From Acidimicrobiales bacterium (lineage in GTDB: Bacteria; Patescibacteriota; Minisyncoccia; Phycocordibacterales; UBA918), in NCBI GenBank assembly GCA_047638595.1, contig JBLIMJ010000005.1, forward strand, positions 1-52,847: a DNA stretch of 52,847 bases, read 5' to 3'. Below the pieces are notes generated by a model that made no database searches, had not been told where the DNA came from, and saw only the letters and a list, made by a program, of their open reading frames with translations. Below are positions 29,831 through 39,689 of this stretch, in pieces. The translations under genes and the position numbers were made by a program. Position 1 is the first letter of the stretch; every line of letters starts with the position of its first letter.

Positions 29831-30059
29831 AGCTCAATTGGTAAGCATAGCTTTCTTGGATTGCATTCGAGAAAAATGAAAGTAAACTTTCACTTTGTCT
29901 CTCATTTGTCCAAGTAGAGCACGAAGCTTCCGTCTTACAGACGCAGTATACCTTGTCGATATTTTTCGTAACCTCAAAATATCAGGCAAGGTCTTGCGAC
30001 AGTCCCCCAGACTGTCTCACCTTCGTGGTCCTAGGTTCGAGTCCTAGCGGGCGGACAAA
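29831..30059 (+). pseudogene. Interrupted second copy of tRNA-Ile with structured insertions in the D-loop and anticodon loop
   Basis: AGCTCAATTGGTA [~73 bp] GAGCACGAAGCTT [~89 bp] ACCTTCG...GGACAAA; 30019-30059 identical to 29770-29810; 5' acceptor strand lost. Confidence 0.8.
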
Positions 30060-30062
30060 CGC

Positions 30063-30104
30063 AAAGAAAAACCCTTCAAACTAAAGTCTGAAGGGTTTTT
30101 CTTT
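30063..30104 (+). terminator. Intrinsic terminator-like hairpin
   Basis: AAAGAAAAACCCTTCA...TGAAGGGTTTTTCTTT. Confidence 0.7.
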
Positions 30105-30125
30105 AGCAACTGCCCTGCGGCAGTT

Positions 30126-30298
30126 GCGGCGTTTGTCCGCGACGAAGCGATGTTTACGAGCAAGTCAGGGGCAAGAGCGGCGTTTGTCCGCGACGAAGCG
30201 ATGTTTACGAGCAAGTCAGGGGCAATGCGGCGTTTGTCCGCGACGAGATGATGTTGCCTTGGCAACCATCGAGTCAGGGACAAGTGCGAAGCTAGTCC
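30126..30298. repeat. Tandem repeat with 50-51 bp unit (2 near-identical copies, 1 diverged)
   Basis: GCGGCGTTTGTCCGCGACGA starts at 30126, 30177 and 30227. Confidence 0.9.
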
Positions 30299-30412
30299 GA
30301 GACGGAGCGACATAAGTTTACCAACAATAAATATATACTCCTAAACTTTTCCCTATATATCATAAATTAATATATGTGACTTTCTAAAGTACTGATATAC
30401 TTACCTTATTAT

Positions 30413-31921
30413 ATGAAAATTACTAAACGGAGTCACGTACTTAAAGTTGTTGTAGTAATCATTATACTTGCGGGTATTCTTGCTGTAACTTCTCTTAAAA
30501 TCGGTGACGACACTGAGAGCTGGATAACTGCAACGGTTGAACGAGGTGACGTACAAAATGTTGTTTCTGTATCTGGTTTTGTTGAAGCAAAAAATACTGC
30601 AAACTTATCTTTTCCCGTGACCGGCATCGTTACTGATGTTTTTGTGAAAGAAGGTGAAGAAGTAAAAAAAGGTAATCTTTTGGCAACGCTAGGGTCAGCC
30701 AAGCTCGTTGCACAAAGAGCAGATGCGGTAGGGATCCTTCAGAAAGCACGAGCTGCTCGTACGGAGCTGTTAGATGGTCCCACAACAGAAGCGCGCGCGG
30801 TGACTGATACAACCGTAAGTTCCGCCGAAGCTAATCTTACCAGTGTCGGTGCAACTGAAGCAGAGAAAGTGGCTAACGCAAAAGCTACTCTACTATCCAA
30901 CGGACTGGAAGCTCGTGCCTTGGATAATGAAGAAACTGCAACCGCCCCTACTATTACAGGTTCGTACACTTGCACCACAGAAGGTATTTACACTCTGTCA
31001 GTGTATAGTTCTGGGTCACTTTCAGGCTTTTCATACAATCTCTCAGGTCTAGAGTCAGAAACTGCTAACGTAACATTCGATCAGCCTTCTAATCTTGGTA
31101 GCTGTGGGCTTTCAATACAATTCACCGACGGAGATTCCTATGCAAGCTCGCAGTGGGCTGTCCGTGTACCCAACACACTCAGCAGCACCTACGTCACGTA
31201 CAAAAATGCATATGATCTTGCACTCGCACAACAAAAACAAAACGTAAAAACTGCACAAGACGCACTCACTCTTGCCCAAGGTAATAAGGTGCTCGCCAAC
31301 GCCGCACCAAGTACTGCAGCGGTACAACAAGTAGACGCTTCTATATACAGTGCACAGGCACGTATAGAACAAATCAACGCTCAGATTGCAGACCTTTCAA
31401 TCATGGCGCCTTTTGACGGGATGATTACTGACGTTGACGTACGTCCTGGAGAAACTGCAGGAGCAAGTCCTGTCATGACACTACTGGCATCTGACGCATT
31501 TGAGCTTAAAGCTCGTATTCCTGAAATTGATATAACCAAAGTTATACAAGGACAACATACCAAGATTGTGTTTGATGCAAAAAGTAATGAGACGCTCAAA
31601 GGTACCATTACATTTGTTTCACCATTAGCAACGGAAATTGACGGAGTAGCGTATTTTGAAACAACTATTGAAATTGAAGAAACACCGCTATGGATCAGGT
31701 CAGGGCTTAATGCAGATATCGACATAGTCGTATCAGAGCTGCAAGATATACTCCGTATCCCAAAACGATTCTTAATCCAAAATGATGACGGCAGTTATGA
31801 TGTCTTAGTTCCTGATAGCAAAGTAACGGACTCAAAATCAATCAAAGTGGTATCTCTGAGCAATAGTGGGTATGCGGTCATTGACGGCCTTAACGAAGGT
31901 GACACGGTAATCGCTCCATAA
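30413..31921 (+). CDS. Efflux membrane-fusion (periplasmic adaptor) protein
   Basis: GDVQNVVSVSG, V.EGE.VKKG, APFDG, IPEIDI, GLNEGD. Confidence 0.88.
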   Translation: MKITKRSHVLKVVVVIIILAGILAVTSLKIGDDTESWITATVERGDVQNVVSVSGFVEAKNTANLSFPVTGIVTDVFVKEGEEVKKGNLLATLGSAKLVAQRADAVGILQKARAARTELLDGPTTEARAVTDTTVSSAEANLTSVGATEAEKVANAKATLLSNGLEARALDNEETATAPTITGSYTCTTEGIYTLSVYSSGSLSGFSYNLSGLESETANVTFDQPSNLGSCGLSIQFTDGDSYASSQWAVRVPNTLSSTYVTYKNAYDLALAQQKQNVKTAQDALTLAQGNKVLANAAPSTAAVQQVDASIYSAQARIEQINAQIADLSIMAPFDGMITDVDVRPGETAGASPVMTLLASDAFELKARIPEIDITKVIQGQHTKIVFDAKSNETLKGTITFVSPLATEIDGVAYFETTIEIEETPLWIRSGLNADIDIVVSELQDILRIPKRFLIQNDDGSYDVLVPDSKVTDSKSIKVVSLSNSGYAVIDGLNEGDTVIAP

Positions 31922-31925
31922 CGAT

Positions 31926-33173
31926 ATGAATAATATACGTATTGGTTTACTGCTTGGTTTTCGCCAAATACAACGCTCCAGCATCTGGACAACAATACTC
32001 ATCATTTTTGTGATGATGCTCACCTTCCTGAACCTGATTGCAGTTTCCGGGATTCTTGTAGGTTTGATTGAAGGTTCAGAACGCGCAATTCAAAAAAATT
32101 CACTCGGTGACATCATACTTACAGTGAAAGAGGGGGAAGACCATATTTTAGAGACACAGAGTGTTGTCAAAACTCTTGATACATTCCCGGAAATTGATAA
32201 ATACTCAGTACGTTATAAAGGAAGTGGACAGCTTGAAGCAAACTATAAAGAACGACGAGACCTTTCAGGGGATCGTGATGTTGTATCAGCTGTTGTAACC
32301 GGCATCAGCCCCGTACAAGAAAATGCAATGACCGAACTTTCTGCAACTCTCGTTGAGGGAGAGTTTCTTGATCCATCTGAAGAAGGCTACATCCTTATCG
32401 GAGCATACTTTGTGAAGCGATACGCGGAACAATTCGGTGATGTATTTGAGGCACTCGACAATGTATACCCAGGAGATTCCGTCCGTCTCACTATAGGTGA
32501 CAAGAGCAAGGAGTTTACCGTTAAGGGGATTATCCAATCAAAAGTGGACGAGGTGAACCTTAATACATATATCCCTGAAAGAGAATTCCGTAGATTATTT
32601 AGTAGATATGACCGGAATGCAGACATCATCGTACTTCGACTTGAAGACGAGGCTGAACCCGATACGGTAAAAGCAGGACTTATCACTGCAGGGCTTGGGG
32701 AGAACGCAAAAGTGCAAACTTTCCAAGAAAGTCTTCCGAAGTTTCTTATCGATATCAAAAACACATTCAACCTCTTAGGGACAATGATTGGATCTATTGG
32801 CCTCGTTGTAGCGTCAATCACTATTTTTATTATCATCTTTATTAATGCACTTGCCAGAAGACGACATATTGGAATTCTTAAAGGTATCGGTATAGATAGA
32901 AAAGTAATCGAGATAGCCTACGTGCTCCAGGCAGCATTCTATGCACTGACTGGCTCCTTACTTGGCGTGCTCATGACGTATGGTGTACTCATCCCCTACT
33001 TTGATAAAAATCCTATCAATTTCCCCTTCAGTGACGGCATCCTCGTAGCAGACCCAGAAGAGACATTTATAAAGTTTATAGTCTTGCTGGTCATCACACT
33101 TATAGCAGGATTCGTACCAGCATGGCTCATCGTACGGCAAAACACTCTTAACTCCATTTTAGGTAGAAAATAA
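31926..33173 (+). CDS. ABC transporter permease (MacB/FtsX family)
   Basis: N-terminal TM, large extracellular loop, RRHIGILKGIG, C-terminal TMs. Confidence 0.88.
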   Translation: MNNIRIGLLLGFRQIQRSSIWTTILIIFVMMLTFLNLIAVSGILVGLIEGSERAIQKNSLGDIILTVKEGEDHILETQSVVKTLDTFPEIDKYSVRYKGSGQLEANYKERRDLSGDRDVVSAVVTGISPVQENAMTELSATLVEGEFLDPSEEGYILIGAYFVKRYAEQFGDVFEALDNVYPGDSVRLTIGDKSKEFTVKGIIQSKVDEVNLNTYIPEREFRRLFSRYDRNADIIVLRLEDEAEPDTVKAGLITAGLGENAKVQTFQESLPKFLIDIKNTFNLLGTMIGSIGLVVASITIFIIIFINALARRRHIGILKGIGIDRKVIEIAYVLQAAFYALTGSLLGVLMTYGVLIPYFDKNPINFPFSDGILVADPEETFIKFIVLLVITLIAGFVPAWLIVRQNTLNSILGRK

Positions 33174-33174
33174 T

Positions 33175-33855
33175 ATGAACATCATTGACGCAAAAAACAT
33201 TCACCGGAAGTTTGGAAAAGGTGATTTAGAAGTGCATATACTTAAGGGTATCGACATAGCTGTAGAGCAGGGTGAATTCTTGGCAATCATGGGAAAGTCA
33301 GGTGCAGGAAAATCTACACTTATGTACCAGCTCTCAGTACTCGATGAGCCCACTGATGGTGAAATTTTTATAGATGGAACTGACATTGTCAGGATGAATG
33401 AAAAAGAACGCACTGCCTTTCGGCTTCATACGCTTGGGTATGTATTCCAAGACTATGCATTGGTACCTGATCTTTCTGCACGTGAAAACGTCATGATGCC
33501 ACTGCTGATGCGTGGCGAACCATGGGGCAATGCGGCAGCAACTGCTGACAAAGCACTCGACGATGTTGGTCTTGAAGGTAAATACAAAAACTTGCCTGCT
33601 GAACTTTCTGGTGGTGAGCAACAACGTGTTGCAGTAGCGCGCGCGATTGCTGGAAAACCGAAGATTCTCTTCGCTGATGAACCCACCGCAAACCTTGATA
33701 GTATTTCAGGTTCACAGGTCATAAAGCTCTTAGAAGGATTACACAAACAGGGTCAAACCATCGTAATGGTCACCCATGAAGAAGAATACTCTCGCTATTG
33801 CGATAGAATTATTTATATAAAGGACGGAATGCTCGCTGAGAAACCACAGGCATAA
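33175..33855 (+). CDS. ABC transporter ATP-binding protein (LolD/MacB type)
   Basis: GKSGAGKST, LSGGEQQRVAVARA, ADEPTANLD, VTH. Confidence 0.93.
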   Translation: MNIIDAKNIHRKFGKGDLEVHILKGIDIAVEQGEFLAIMGKSGAGKSTLMYQLSVLDEPTDGEIFIDGTDIVRMNEKERTAFRLHTLGYVFQDYALVPDLSARENVMMPLLMRGEPWGNAAATADKALDDVGLEGKYKNLPAELSGGEQQRVAVARAIAGKPKILFADEPTANLDSISGSQVIKLLEGLHKQGQTIVMVTHEEEYSRYCDRIIYIKDGMLAEKPQA

Positions 33856-33890
33856 CAAAAGACCGGCAAGTATACTTGTCGGTCTTTTGT
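33855..33890. terminator. Bidirectional terminator between ABC operon and ftsH
   Basis: ACAAAAGACCGGCAAG-TATA-CTTGTCGGTCTTTTGT. Confidence 0.75.
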
Positions 33891-33902
33891 ATTACGCTCT
33901 AT

Positions 33903-36008
33903 CTATGTCGTTACTACAGGTGTCTCAAGTGTCTTACTTGGATCCCCTGCCTTCTCTTCTGCAAGACGTGCGTCTCTATATGCATCTTTGATCTCAACAC
34001 CTTGAGCCTTAAGCAAAGCTTCATACTCTTCACGCTCAAGTGTTTCGACTTCAAAAAGTTTTTCTGAAATCACATTTAGGGCCGTACGGTACCTTGTCAC
34101 AATCTCAGTTGCTCGAGTCTTTCCACCTTCAATAATCTTAGTTACTTCATCATCAATCATTTTTGCAACCTGTGGTGAGTACCCACGATCCTCAGAAGAA
34201 CCTCCCCCAATGAGTCTCCCTCCGGTACCTTCAAGTGCGACTGGTCCGAGGTCACTCATCCCATACTTCGTCACCATGTCTCGTGCCATGTTTGCAACTA
34301 CCTGCAGGTCATTACTTGGGCCTGTAGACAGGTCGTCGAATACCATTTGCTCTACTACATATCCTCCAAGTGTCATGGCGATATCATCCATAAACTCTTT
34401 CTTCGTATGCATCTTTCGATCTTCATCAGGAAGTTTCAGCGTGTACCCCGCAGCTCGCCCACGTGAGATTATGGAGATCTTCTGTACAGGGTCAGCATAC
34501 GGTAGTACCGATGCAACAAGTGCATGCCCTACTTCATGGTACGCAGTAACGCGTCGCTCTTTCTTTGAAAGAATGTGGCTCTTTCGCTCAGGGCCAAGCA
34601 TTACTTTTTCAATAGAACGAATCAGGTCAAACTGTCCAACTTTCTTTCTCTGTTCACGTGCTGCAAGAATTGCCGCTTCATTTACAAGTGAAGCAAGATC
34701 TGCTCCAGAGAACCCAGGGGTACGTTGTGCGATAATTTCAAGATTCATATCATCCTGCATTTTCTTTTTCTTTGCATGGACTTCAAGAATTTTTACACGA
34801 TCATTTCGGTCTGGTAGATCAATGGTCACTCGTCGGTCGAATCGTCCCGGTCGTAAAAGTGCAGAGTCTAATACATCAGGCCTGTTCGTCGCAGCCATCA
34901 CAATAACTTTTGCGTTTTCTTCAAATCCGTCCATTTCAACTAAAATCTGGTTGAGTGTTTGTTCACGTTCATCGTTCCCTCCCCCTACCCCAGATCCTCG
35001 AACTCGTCCTACTGCATCGATCTCATCAATAAAAATAATTGCTGGTGAGTTCTTTTTTGCATTTTGGAAGAGGTCACGTACACGTGATGCGCCTACTCCA
35101 ACAAACATCTCAACAAACTCCGAACCAGAAATAGTGAAAAATGGCACACCTGCTTCTCCTGCAACTGCTCGCGCAAGAAGTGTCTTACCAGTTCCTGGTG
35201 CACCCATCATCATTACCCCTTTAGGAATCTCTGCTCCAATATCTAAGAACTTTTTAGGATTTTTAAGAAAATCAACAATCTCTTCCAGTTCTTGTTTTGC
35301 CTCCTTTGCTCCTGCCACATCCTTAAACGTCACCTTTTTATTTGTATCATTGGGATCAATCATCCGTGCCTTGCTCGCACCAAAACTCATCGCCTGCATT
35401 CCTGCTCCTTTCACTGACCGAGTGAAAAACCAAATAATAATTCCTAAGAAAACAAGTGGAAACAAAAACGGTGCAAAATTACTGAGCCAATAACTAAAAC
35501 CTGTTTCATTCTGTACATCAACTTTTATCTGTGAAAGCTGTTCTGGGGTTACCCCAAAGTTCGCAAGAGTATCTGACACTGCTGTTCCTATCTCTTTCTT
35601 ACCTTCTCCAGGATTACGCGTCTCATCTATATAACTCACCTCAAGTTGTGATCCTCGAACCACAATCTCTGAAACCTCCCCATTCTGTACTTGCATCACA
35701 ATCTCAGAAATTGAAAGCTCCGTAGGTTCGGTGGTGGTGTCTGCAAGATAGGAATACGCAGCAGTAATAAAAATAAGGAGCAATACCGTTGAAAGTATAT
35801 TATTCCAAAAATTACCTGGCCCAACTGGCATTTTATCTTTTGCTCCTTTAAAACTGAGTAATGGTAGTCCCTTCTTCTTACTGTTCTTATCTTTTTTAGT
35901 ATTCTTATCATCTGCTTGCGCTGGTACTGATGTATCATTATCAGAAACAACCACTTCATTTTCAGCATCCGTTCCTATTTTTTTTTCTTTATTTTCTGTA
36001 TTGGTCAT
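33903..36008 (-). CDS. ftsH: ATP-dependent zinc metalloprotease FtsH
   Basis: Two TMs, [33 protein letters not shown]. Confidence 0.96.
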   Translation of the reverse strand: MTNTENKEKKIGTDAENEVVVSDNDTSVPAQADDKNTKKDKNSKKKGLPLLSFKGAKDKMPVGPGNFWNNILSTVLLLIFITAAYSYLADTTTEPTELSISEIVMQVQNGEVSEIVVRGSQLEVSYIDETRNPGEGKKEIGTAVSDTLANFGVTPEQLSQIKVDVQNETGFSYWLSNFAPFLFPLVFLGIIIWFFTRSVKGAGMQAMSFGASKARMIDPNDTNKKVTFKDVAGAKEAKQELEEIVDFLKNPKKFLDIGAEIPKGVMMMGAPGTGKTLLARAVAGEAGVPFFTISGSEFVEMFVGVGASRVRDLFQNAKKNSPAIIFIDEIDAVGRVRGSGVGGGNDEREQTLNQILVEMDGFEENAKVIVMAATNRPDVLDSALLRPGRFDRRVTIDLPDRNDRVKILEVHAKKKKMQDDMNLEIIAQRTPGFSGADLASLVNEAAILAAREQRKKVGQFDLIRSIEKVMLGPERKSHILSKKERRVTAYHEVGHALVASVLPYADPVQKISIISRGRAAGYTLKLPDEDRKMHTKKEFMDDIAMTLGGYVVEQMVFDDLSTGPSNDLQVVANMARDMVTKYGMSDLGPVALEGTGGRLIGGGSSEDRGYSPQVAKMIDDEVTKIIEGGKTRATEIVTRYRTALNVISEKLFEVETLEREEYEALLKAQGVEIKDAYRDARLAEEKAGDPSKTLETPVVTT

Positions 36009-36069
36009 AGTGCGGGTATTATACAGAAATATGTCTATTTTGCGAGCTTTAAAATGCTACAATACCCCG

Positions 36070-36900
36070 ATGAAAATCGGAATTGTCTGTTCGGGAGGGA
36101 TTATGAGATGTGCATACTCAGCTGGAGCCTTACGTGCTATATATAAACACTATGGCTTTCATACCCCACATGTACTTGTAGGAGCATCCGGCAGTGCTGG
36201 AAATTGTGCATATTTCATTTCTGGGCAAAACCACGTCGGTCGCACCATCTGGTGTGACCACCTTTCTGAAGGTAAAATGATTTCTTTTTTAAAAAGACCA
36301 TTTCTCAGTGTAGATTATCTTGTAAATACTGTCTTTAGAGAATACGAACCTTTAAACGTACGAGACATTCAAAATAGCGAAATAAACCTAGTAATCCCCG
36401 TTACAAACATACAAACTGGACAGATTGAATACGTCACAAATAAATGTACAGATGTAGACATGCACCAGCTACTGATAGCAGCAAAGACTATCCCCTTTGC
36501 ATCAGGCAAGCCCACATGGATAAAAGGTTCTTCAACTGACAAATATATTGATGGTGATATCGCCCAAGAGCTCAGCCAACATGTTCACGCCACCAAGAAA
36601 TACAATTGCGATAAAATTTTAGTGATAGACAACCAACAAGCCTCCTCTGGGTTAGTAAAGTTTTTCTATTTGCTTCATACCATGTTCATGCCCAGGAATG
36701 TGCAGAGGAGTATGCGGCGGAAAATAAGGAGTTCCAAAAAAGATATTACCAGCAGTGAAACTACTATTGTCATGAAACCTTCTCAAGACCTACAGATGAA
36801 TGGTTTCACCGATACAAAAGAAAAGCTAGAACATGCATACGACTTAGGGTACGCCGATGCGTGCAACCACCCTTCCTTGCAAAAGCTGTTTGTGGAATAA
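36070..36900 (+). CDS. Patatin-like phospholipase
   Basis: GGIMRCAYSAG, GASGS, DGD; start moved to ATG 36070 after TGCTACAAT. Confidence 0.8.
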   Translation: MKIGIVCSGGIMRCAYSAGALRAIYKHYGFHTPHVLVGASGSAGNCAYFISGQNHVGRTIWCDHLSEGKMISFLKRPFLSVDYLVNTVFREYEPLNVRDIQNSEINLVIPVTNIQTGQIEYVTNKCTDVDMHQLLIAAKTIPFASGKPTWIKGSSTDKYIDGDIAQELSQHVHATKKYNCDKILVIDNQQASSGLVKFFYLLHTMFMPRNVQRSMRRKIRSSKKDITSSETTIVMKPSQDLQMNGFTDTKEKLEHAYDLGYADACNHPSLQKLFVE

Positions 36901-36901
36901 T

Positions 36902-36937
36902 AAAAAGAACGCACGTGCAGAGCACGTGCGTTTTTTT
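36902..36937. terminator. Bidirectional terminator between convergent patatin genes
   Basis: AAAAAGAACGCACGTGC-AGA-GCACGTGCGTTTTTT. Confidence 0.75.
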
Positions 36938-36948
36938 ACCCCTCTTTT

Positions 36949-37860
36949 TTATCCTTCAAAAAGTTCTTTCCACCAAAGCCGAGACTTCTGGACAACTTCT
37001 TGTACTTTAATACTGTCGCGTTCCATACTCCGTATAGAGTGATCACCCCATATCAGCGCATACTGTTGGTCATTATTTTCTTTCATCTCTTCAACTGCTT
37101 TCATGCGTTCTTTACGTCGTTCATGTGCAGCAAATCGAAGAGCTTTCGGCATTCTCCAACGGAACAAAGTATTATTAAGAAAACGCTCCAGTTTTGGAAT
37201 AGTGGTTACTGTTTGATCTTGATTGGTGATAACCAAAACATGAGTTGCATCAATTTCATCAACTGCTTTACGGAGTATGTGTGGTCGTGTAAAGCCACCA
37301 TCAACATAACGAATGTCATTAAACGTGACAATATCGCTGGATACATTAGGCATTAAAATTGATGCTTGTATGGTACGCAATAACTCTTCACCGTTACGGG
37401 GTGTTAAAAGCTCTGGCTCACCTGTTTTATAATCAGCAACGCCAATATACAAATTGGAAGCATTTTGAAAAACCTTCTCAATATTAATTCCTTTTCCAGT
37501 TGACCCCTTCAATACTGATACAAAATATTTCGTATCTACCTGATTCCAAAATCGCCACATATTTAAAAATCGGCGAGAGCAACATACCTCATAAATGAGA
37601 CTCGATCCCTTCTGGACATCTCCTGCAAGAAAGTATGCTGCCGATGGTGCACCAGATGAAATACCAACCACATTGGTAAACGCTTGATTAAAACCAGCTT
37701 CCTCCAAAAATAAACTTGCTCCTACACCATACGCCCCCTTCATTAAACCACCATCGACAATAAGCAACGGTTTAATATGCTCATGATCCTCCCCCACATC
37801 CATGAGTCTCTTCTTTTCTTTTATAGCGTCAATGACTGACTTATTTCCTTCAAAAATCAT
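36949..37860 (-). CDS. Patatin-like phospholipase
   Basis: GGLMKGAYGVG, GISSG, YVDGG. Confidence 0.85.
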   Translation of the reverse strand: MIFEGNKSVIDAIKEKKRLMDVGEDHEHIKPLLIVDGGLMKGAYGVGASLFLEEAGFNQAFTNVVGISSGAPSAAYFLAGDVQKGSSLIYEVCCSRRFLNMWRFWNQVDTKYFVSVLKGSTGKGINIEKVFQNASNLYIGVADYKTGEPELLTPRNGEELLRTIQASILMPNVSSDIVTFNDIRYVDGGFTRPHILRKAVDEIDATHVLVITNQDQTVTTIPKLERFLNNTLFRWRMPKALRFAAHERRKERMKAVEEMKENNDQQYALIWGDHSIRSMERDSIKVQEVVQKSRLWWKELFEG

Positions 37861-37887
37861 AGCAAACTGTCGTATACTTAAGCTTAT

Positions 37888-38322
37888 ATGGTAGCACGTA
37901 AAAAATTAATGGTAGTGTCACTGGTGGTTGTTGGCTTTGTACTTTTAGGTATCACTGCTGAACGAATAACGCTTCCTGGTACCACTGACACAATGAAGAC
38001 GCAAGCCGCCGAATATATTACTGTCAGCGACAAACCTCTACCGCCAAATGCATTTACCTATGATGGCTGCACACTATTCCCTGATGTACTTCCGGGACTT
38101 TCTCTATACGAACCATGTCTGCAACACGACATCGCATATTGGGCAGGAGGAGACATTTCAGGTAGAAAGCTTGCTGACGTTGCATTACGTGACGCAATTT
38201 CGCATACTAGTCCTGTTGGTTTTGTACTTGCTCCTGTAATGTACACAGGGGTACGACTGTTTGGCAACAGCTTCATTACAAAACTATTTAACGCACATTG
38301 GGGCTACGGATGGGACACTTAG
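37888..38322 (+). CDS. Membrane-anchored protein with prokaryotic phospholipase A2-like CxxHD motif
   Basis: DGCT...PCLQHDIAYW...RKLADVAL...MYTGVRLFG, N-terminal TM. Confidence 0.5.
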   Translation: MVARKKLMVVSLVVVGFVLLGITAERITLPGTTDTMKTQAAEYITVSDKPLPPNAFTYDGCTLFPDVLPGLSLYEPCLQHDIAYWAGGDISGRKLADVALRDAISHTSPVGFVLAPVMYTGVRLFGNSFITKLFNAHWGYGWDT

Positions 38323-38323
38323 T

Positions 38324-38773
38324 ATGACTACTTATATACGTAACAAAAAAGCAACATTCAATTACGAAATCCTTGAGAAATTTGAGGCTGGTGTTGTACT
38401 GCACGGGTACGAGGTAAAAGCTATCCGCTCAGGGAAAGCATCTCTAGTAGGTGCGTATATCATACTTCGCAACGGTGAAGCGTTCCTTAAGGGCGCAACA
38501 GTTGCGTATTACCAAGAAGCAAACACGCCCCCAAGCTACAACCCAGAACGTGAACGAAAGCTCCTTTTAAGCAAGAAAGAGCTCTTAAAGATAGAAAAAG
38601 AGCTTAATACTGCTGGATTGACAATCATCCCTATTTCGTGGTATAATAAAGGAAGTAAAGTCAAGTTGGAGATTGCGTTGGTTCGTGGTAAAAAGAAGGC
38701 AGATAAACGAGAAGCCATGAAGAAGGCAGACACCAAAAGGGCTATCGATCGTATTTTGAAAACAGAACGTTAA
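38324..38773 (+). CDS. smpB: SsrA-binding protein SmpB
   Basis: NKKATFNY, EAGVVL.G.EVK, R.RKLLL, GKK..DKRE; start at ATG 38324. Confidence 0.95.
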   Translation: MTTYIRNKKATFNYEILEKFEAGVVLHGYEVKAIRSGKASLVGAYIILRNGEAFLKGATVAYYQEANTPPSYNPERERKLLLSKKELLKIEKELNTAGLTIIPISWYNKGSKVKLEIALVRGKKKADKREAMKKADTKRAIDRILKTER

Positions 38774-38785
38774 CGTTCTTATATA

Positions 38786-39191
38786 ATTTAGATGTACAGA
38801 GATGGAACAAACCGGGAATCAACCCGACCATCAATTGAAATAGGGACAGACAAATGGTAGCTCTCAAAATAGTAGTAGACAACGGTCCGCAGCAAACTAG
38901 GGCAAGCTTGAATAGTCGATTTGATGCGCTGTATAAAGAACTTCAAGTTCACTATGCAGAAGGTTCAGAACACGGTGAACTTCAGCTGATAAACGCCATT
39001 GGAAAAGCGGCAGGTACTGATTTCCATGGGACATCTGGCCTGAAGAATCAGGTCACATGGATGGAAGGAGATCTTAAAGTGCTGAAGCAACTAATTGCTG
39101 ATGATGACGAGCAAGTCTAACAAATCTTTTCTTTCAGAACAGGGCAAGGCGACAAACAAGCCGCCTTCCCTCCATCTCTGTGCATCTAAAT
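38786..39191. mobile_element. Inverted-repeat-bounded unit carrying one small ORF
   Basis: ATTTAGATGTACAGAGATGGA (38786-38806) vs TCCATCTCTGTGCATCTAAAT (39171-39191), 20/21 match. Confidence 0.55.
38854..39120 (+). CDS. Hypothetical protein (88 aa)
   Basis: ORF fills the IR-bounded unit; AGGGA upstream. Confidence 0.55.
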   Translation: MVALKIVVDNGPQQTRASLNSRFDALYKELQVHYAEGSEHGELQLINAIGKAAGTDFHGTSGLKNQVTWMEGDLKVLKQLIADDDEQV

Positions 39192-39240
39192 ACAAACGTA
39201 CACCCTCCCCTGAAAGTTTTTAAGTCATTAAAATTTTTCA

Positions 39241-39636
39241 GGGGATGCTAGGCATCGACGGTTGGTCGTGTTGAAACGTGTGCAGTGTCGAAATTGGAAT
39301 CAATTCGTTAAAAGGTTCCATCTGTATTTGCAAACAAAGCAATACCAAGTCCTTACGCTAACGCGTTCGGATTCGCACCCGCTATTGCGTAGTTTACTAC
39401 CTAGCCGGCACGATGCGAGAGTACTAAACGTCTCATACGGTACTTCTTGTAGAATAAACACGAGACTAGGTGACCTGATACCGTTGTAGTCAGGGAACGA
39501 GATTTGTATCAGCTCGAACAATTATTGTTTTGTCTTTTCTAAAGATAATTGTTTTAAACCAAAGAATCGACTATACACTGTAGATCACCTTCACACTCTA
39601 ATTCGGACTCGGGTTCAATTCTCGACATCTCCACCA
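39241..39636 (+). ncRNA. ssrA: tmRNA; predicted tag ANKAIPSPYANAFGFAPAIA* (39330-39392)
   Basis: 5' GGGGATG...TCGAC, 3' GACTCGGGTTCAATTCTCGACATCTCCACCA, Ala-ending tag ORF, next to smpB. Confidence 0.93.
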
Positions 39637-39689
39637 AACATGGAAATATATAGAAGGATATGGAAGTTTGCTCGTGAGAGTAAACTTCT

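Noticed and set aside
29844-30018. Group I/II introns in tRNA-Ile
   Set aside because: Inserts of about 73 and 89 bp are too short, no core motifs were recognised, and the host copy lacks a pairing 5' acceptor strand.
30126-30298. Possible CRISPR array
   Set aside because: The intervening sequences of the first two units are identical, there are only three units, and no cas genes are in the window; it is a tandem repeat.
34210-35493. 427-aa ORF on the + strand
   Set aside because: Antisense shadow of ftsH; Ser/Ile/Pro-rich with no motifs.
39262-39521. ORFs 39262-39489 and 39300-39521
   Set aside because: They lie within tmRNA; only the tag frame is meaningful.
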